Source of the DNA: Eledone cirrhosa
Lineage: Eukaryota
NCBI GenBank assembly: GCA_964016885.1
Contig: OZ024758.1
Location: 16,120,001-16,184,000 of the forward strand
Reading direction: 5' to 3'
DNA: 64,000 nt
Part shown: positions 57,868-64,000 of the stretch, in pieces
Layout: every line of letters starts with the position of its first letter
How positions within the stretch are numbered: position 1 is the stretch's first letter
Made by a program: the position numbers and the translations under genes
The notes under the pieces: generated by a model
What the model saw: only the letters and a program-made list of their open reading frames with translations
Databases searched by the model: none
What the model was told of the DNA's origin: nothing

Positions 57868-58083
57868 AATACAATATCGGAGAAAGCTTTTTAGCGATAC
57901 TCCGGCCAAATTCCAACTCACTCAACAAACATTAGGAAATAAGTGATTATATTCCCAATTATGCGTTCGGGGTGCTAACTAAAAGTATTGCGTGGAAAAT
58001 TGGCTGTATTATATATATATGTGTATATATATATATATGTATATGTGTATATGTATATGTGTATATATATATATATATGTATA

Positions 58084-58128
<45 letters not shown>

Positions 58129-58181
58129 GTATATGTGTATATGTATATGTGTATATATATATATATATGTATATGTGTATA

Positions 58182-58212
<31 letters not shown>

Positions 58213-58399
58213 GTATATGTGTATATGTATATGTGTATATATATATATGTGTATATGTATATATGTATATATATGTATATGTGTATATGTATATGTGTAT
58301 ATGTATATATGCATATGTTTATATATATATGTATATGTGTATATATATATATATGTGTATATATATATATGTATATGTGTATATATATATATGTATATA

Positions 58400-58468
<69 letters not shown>

Positions 58469-58470
58469 AT

Positions 58471-58555
<85 letters not shown>
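57245..58555. repeat. TA/TG microsatellite blocks
   Basis: Direct reading. Confidence 0.95.
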
Positions 58556-58693
58556 CCAATTTTCTTCACCAGCTTTTGCCGCCTTGTCCGCGGTGTGCAG
58601 CTTTAACATCGCTGTACTCCGCGGACTAGAGTGGGATTGGCTCAGTGCACAGTCTTTCCTCACATAAAAAAAAAATCTTCAACGCACACAAGC

Positions 58694-58726
<33 letters not shown>

Positions 58727-58757
58727 TGTATGTATGTATGTATGTATGTATGTATGT

Positions 58758-59337
58758 ATGTATTCCAGTACAACCTGTCCCATGGTCGGGTCGTTGGCGA
58801 CTAAACTCGCAACCCCACCAAGGTTTCTTGGTGAGGAGGGTGACTTTGGACATCCTGCAGGACTAAAAACAAAACCTGTCAAAGGGCAAAGGAGCTCTTA
58901 AGAGTCAATGGCCATCCAAAATCACCGGAAGAGATGACCCCTTAGCCTTTGTCAAGGCAGAATTCTAGGAGAAGGAAAACTCTGATATAACACCTGCAAC
59001 CCTGATGGTATCCAATGATGTTGACTTGTTCTTCTTTTTGGTAAATATCATCTTGGTTAAGAGAGTGGGACTGGCTTTGTGCAGTGACTTTGCTCACTAT
59101 AAAAGCTTCACGGCACAGGCATTGCCTTATATCTGGAGATCTCTCTGCATTTGTCGTCACATGGTACCATGAGCCCACCACTATGTGTCAATAATTGTCA
59201 CAAGTGTAGTGTTTGTACCAGAGTATTCAAGTCGCTGGCTGGACTAAAAAGTCACACTTGTTCAGCGCATCGGTAGGAGTTCTCCTACATGGATATAAAG
59301 TAGTGGCCGTACTCGAAAACGAGTTGGCAGCCACCAT
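58758..59337 (+). mobile_element. Non-autonomous bipartite RTE-derived retroelement, copy 3
   Basis: Pure (TATG)n on both sides; C2H2 remnant from 59199. Confidence 0.85.
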
Positions 59338-59447
59338 GTATGTATGTATGTATGTATGTATGTATGTATGTATGTATGTATGTATGTATGTATGTATGTA
59401 TGTATGTATGTGTATGTATGTATGTATGTATGTATGTATGTATGTAT

Positions 59448-59934
59448 GTTTTCTCTTTCTCTTAATTTCGAGTATATTTTTTTGACCGGCCACCTTCCTG
59501 GTGGCAAGGTTGTAAAAGAAAAGAAATTGTCATCCCTTGAATCGCAAGAATGTTTTGCATATTTTGAAGGTGCCAGCTATCGCAGCCATTTGTAGACTAT
59601 GAATTAGGGAGCTGCGCTTTTTGTCCGCAAATCCAAGTTCGGTCATACTTTGGTCCAAGCGGGTTGGTATATAACCCGTAGCACCAATAATGATGGGTAT
59701 GAAGCTAAAGGTGTATCTTGGATACTGGATTTGTAAGCTCCTCATCAATGGTCCGTAGATGTCCTCCTTCTCCTGTATTTTTCTGACAACGTTTACATCA
59801 AGTGGGCAGCTGATCTCCACAACAGAACACGTTTTCAATGTGTGGTCCCAAACTACAATATCAGGCCGGTTGTGCTTTAATTTGGTGGCAGTTTTTATTT
59901 TCAGGTTCCACCAGTATTCCTTAGTGCCATCTGT
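59448..59934 (-). mobile_element. R4/Dong-like non-LTR element 3' fragment (restriction-like endonuclease)
   Basis: WWNLKIKTATKLKHNRPDIVVWD..CSVVEISCPLDVNV..EKEDIY..IPIIIGATG; open to the stop at 59530; (CATA)n flanks. Confidence 0.8.
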
Positions 59935-60607
59935 CTATGTATGTATGTATGTATGTATGTATGTATGTATGTACGTTCTTCTGGTTTTATAATTTTATAA
60001 ATGTTTACCAATAGAGGGAGAGTCAGTTTCTAACAACTTTAGTTGGCTTAATAACAGCGCTGGACCTGCTAACAGCTCTTCATCACGTCGTTTGACATTC
60101 CTGTATATTTAGGGTAGTTTCTGCTCTTCATTACATCCGTATATTAGTTGGTTGTATTTATCAAATTGAATTAAGGAAATCTCAGATAACATTTTCAAAC
60201 TTAAATTACTTTCGCTAAGGGCACGTCAGCAACAGAAGAACAACTGAAGACTTATTCATAAAATGAAGAAATTAATAATTATTGTAAATGTCAAAGGAAA
60301 TATTGCGTTCATGACATTGACAAAAACTGAACTTCCTCCTTCAACAGAATGTCATCAAATTACGTTTTAAAACATTTATTCATTTAACGTCTTTTATATA
60401 TATATATATATTTTTTTTTTATTATTTATTTTTTTTTTTTTGAGGGGTGGGTGGGTATTTTTTCCAGAGCAACAAATTACGATTTCTGGTTCTTGTTACA
60501 GATTTCTGCGTCCTGAATAGAAATCTTGCTGAGTTCAACTTAGTAAATGAGTAAACCCTCTCCTTCCGTCTCTCTCGGAAAGAAATAGGCGTAGAGAGAG
60601 AGAGAGA

Positions 60608-60683
<76 letters not shown>

Positions 60684-60789
60684 GAGAGAGATACGCTCAC
60701 CCAAATTTAAATGCCTGTCAGAAGCAACCGATTCCAATTGATCCGGATGGATCTCCAAGCGGGACCAACCGAACTCATGGATGTTACAC

Positions 60790-61050
60790 AACCATCTTGC
60801 TCGGGGTCTGTCCTTGGGTCTTCTGTCGATTGGGTCTCCAGCGCCTATGGTGGTGAGTAGGGAGGTAGCCCTAGGACCGAGGACACCAGAAGTCTCCACT
60901 GCCAGGGGGACGACCGCAAACCTGTCGGAGAGCGACCGGTATTTGGAGAGTTTGCCCTCCTCAGCCCCCCGACGTGCAGCAGAACGTGGGTTAGTTGCAG
61001 ACTGTACCAGGTTGCGACTGGAGAGTGTTGAAGTTTGCTTGAAGTATTGT
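60790..61050 (-). mobile_element. CRE-like non-LTR element RLE fragment
   Basis: AEEGKLSKYRSLSDRFAVVPLAVETSGVLGPRATSLL. Confidence 0.7.
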
Positions 61051-61174
61051 GGAATATGAAAAATTGTCGTTTTTAGAAAACACCCCACCATTTTTGGTAT
61101 CCGACAATGCTTCAATCAAACTTCAAACACTCCTTCCATATACTGTATCGTTTGATTTAATATTTCTGTTTATC

Positions 61175-61235
<61 letters not shown>

Positions 61236-61238
<3 letters not shown>

Positions 61239-61627
61239 GATGGCTGCAAACTCGTGTTCGGGCATTGCCATTGCCTGATAAAATGCTCAAAAATGCTCAA
61301 AAATGTGAGACACGAATGTGGCTCTTTAAACCAGCCAATGACTTGCACCCTCTGGCACATACATGGCAACTGTAGGCTCCTCCGGGACCTTCCATTTCTT
61401 TGTTCTGGGTGAGTGTTCTCATGTGTCTTTTAAGACCTCCCATGCTAACACATTCCTTGCCACATTCTTTACACCTTTTCAGATCATAATCTACATGAGG
61501 TCTACTGATATGACTTTGGTCAAGTCTAATCAAACCAGCTTTGATCAGGCAGACTCGACCACAGTGCTGGCAAACCAGATGATGTTCAACAACAGGCAGT
61601 TCACAAACAGTCTCCTTTCCTTCCTTT

Positions 61628-61630
<3 letters not shown>
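61236..61630 (-). mobile_element. RTE-like LINE 3' fragment with three C2H2 zinc fingers
   Basis: CQHC.., [32 protein letters not shown]; ends cgagtttgcagccatcat. Confidence 0.75.
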
Positions 61631-61712
<82 letters not shown>

Positions 61713-61713
<1 letters not shown>

Positions 61714-62597
61714 TAGCAGCAGTATCCAGCGTTGCCTGGGTAGGTAAAATAATATCTTCTTTGATGAAAAGGTGTTGATCTTAGCGACTGCGAGTTTCTT
61801 GAAAATGTTGAGTGAAATCGTATGGAATATGTGGGAGGTGGGAAAAATCGTACTTTGAAGAGTTAAACGGCTGTCACGCCGTCCCTGAACAAAAAATACA
61901 AAGTGTAAAGCTACTATAAGATGTGCAATGATAGGTTCTATCGTAGTATAAAAGTTGAACCAAATAAATTGATTTATGTGTGAGGTGGAGCTGAAGATTC
62001 GAATTTGAACGAAATCGGTTGAAAAATGTGGGAGCTAGAGCCGAAAAGGCGGAAATTTGAGCGAAAAGGTGGTATTTTCGAATATTTAAGCGGCTGCCAC
62101 CACGCCGTTCCTGAACAAAAAATCCAAAATGTAAAGCCACTTTAAGACGTGAAATAATCAGATCTAACGTAGACTAAAATTGAACAAAGTAGGTTGATTA
62201 ATGTGGGAGCTAGAGCCGAAATTTGAGTCTGAAAGTAGTATTTTTGAATATTTAAGCGGCTGCCACGCCGTCCCTGAACAACAAATGCAAAATATAAAGC
62301 GATTACAGGATGTGCAATGATAAATTCTATTTTGCTTTAAAATTTGAACGAAATCGGTGGCAAAATGTGGGAGCTAGAGCCAAAAATCTTATTTTTCGAT
62401 ACCTAAATGGTGACCCCCCCCCCTATCGATTTTTATCTGAAGAATGACCCCGGAATAAAAAAAACGATACGCTGATTTATAGAAAACACTCCTCGATGAC
62501 TAATCTATGACCCTGTAAAGTTTCATGAAAATCGGTCGTAAGATGTAGGCCCTTATAGGTAATACACAGACACACATACTTAATTTTATATATATAC
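61713..62597 (-). mobile_element. Non-autonomous Helitron with internal repeats
   Basis: Minus strand ends in an imperfect hairpin + CTAG-T; internal repeats cacgccgtccctgaacaa at 61875, 62101, 62264. Confidence 0.7.
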
Positions 62598-63075
62598 ATA
62601 TATATATATATATATTAATAAAGAAATGAAAATGTTATCAGTCTAAATGTAACGTGATCAATATAATCGATTACAACCCTTGGAAGCGGGGCTTCAATAT
62701 GGTTACACTCGAATGATTGAAACTAAAAAAGGAATAAATTGAATGAAATAATTATTAACAAAGGCACCGAGCTGAAAAGTTTTGGGAAGAGGAGTAGAGC
62801 AGCCAATTAAATCGACCGATTGCTTAATTGGTATTTTAATTTATCGACCGCGGAACGATGAAAGACAAAGTCACCCTCTGTGGGATTTGAAATTAGAAAG
62901 TAATTAAACTGTACAAATTATTTTATATGGCGCTATACTAGTTCTGCAATTCGAAATTAAATTCCATTTTGAGTTAATATGCCAATGCTGAAATAATAGC
63001 TGGTGACGTCGTTGAAGTTCAACTTTCATTGCTGCTAGAGTATATTCTCATTTATGCTTGACTTTTAAAATAACC

Positions 63076-64000
63076 AACGTTGTTATGTATCTGGTAATAT
63101 GTGGGTGATAAAATGCGTATATACACATATGTAGGCGGCGAATTAACAGAGTCGTTAGGACATCGGATAGATTGCTTTACGGTATACGATCCGGCTCTCT
63201 GCCCTCTGAGTTCAAATCTCGCCGAGGTCGATAAAAAAAGAACCAATCTAGTACTGAGGTCGATTCCTCCTCTGTATTTCTTTGTTACTTCTTTTCTCTC
63301 ACTCTCTATCTTTCTCTGGGAGAAATCTACTGTACTCAGGCTTAGAGAGGGATGGACTCCGCCAGGCTTAAAATGCCCAAACGCCGTATGTCAATACATC
63401 TCCCCTGCGACTCTATCAGGAGTTACGGGTCCACAGATACATACATACATACATACATACATACATACATACATACACACACGTTGTTATGTATCTAGTA
63501 ATATATGGGTGATAAAATGTGTGTATACTCATATGTAGGAAGAGAATTATCAGGGTCTTTAGTGGCGTCGGATAGAATGCTTTGCAGTATCCATCTGGAA
63601 TCTCTACTCTCTGAGTTCAAATACCGCCGAGGTAAACGTTGCCTTACACTCATTTTAGGTCGATAAAATGTACCAGTCTAGTACTGAGGTCAATTCTTCA
63701 TCTATAGCTCTTTCTCACATCCTTTCTCTCACTCTCTTTATCTTTCTTTTTGGAAAAAGTCTGCTGTATTCAGACCTAAAGAGGAGATGGGCTCTGCCAG
63801 GTTTATAAATGCCCTTCCTAACACCATATGTCAATATGGCACCCCTACAACTCTTTCAGGAGCTACAGGCACATACATACATACATACATACATACAATG
63901 CGTGTATACACACATGTAGGTGGCAAATTAGAAGGGTCTTTAGGGGCGTCGGATGCGGCTCTGGTTATCTAAGCGTAGGGCAAAATGTTTTTGTACCAGG
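63076..64000 (+). mobile_element. Tandem array of long-tailed SINE units (about 400 bp)
   Basis: Units begin near 63076, 63481 and 63897; the two complete units end in (CATA)n. Confidence 0.75.

Noticed and set aside
61297-61659. Host C2H2 zinc-finger gene
   Set aside because: No TGEKP linkers; 3' end shared with the RTE-derived repeats

Overview
Eukaryotic, AT-rich, repeat-saturated window with a 200-N assembly gap. The SINE families point to an octopod cephalopod (inference). Almost all ORF-track entries are microsatellite translations. The only long real ORF is a 5'-truncated but uninterrupted Tx1-like (L1 clade) non-LTR ORF2 at 32620-35469. The remainder consists of microsatellites and minisatellites, over 20 tRNA-derived SINE copies or fragments, RTE, R4/Dong-like and CRE-like LINE fragments, three copies of a non-autonomous bipartite RTE derivative, Helitrons, and pogo/hAT/mariner remnants. 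A few weak candidate host exons are also present. The most notable unannotated signal is about a dozen short elements lying mostly in (TA)n tracts. Most have a fold-back (inverted duplication) structure, and many carry a minimal type I hammerhead ribozyme motif (CTGANGA...GAAA...UH) with helix covariation between copies. They are best read as Penelope-like element termini from several families. Each retroelement family is also associated with its own microsatellite motif.
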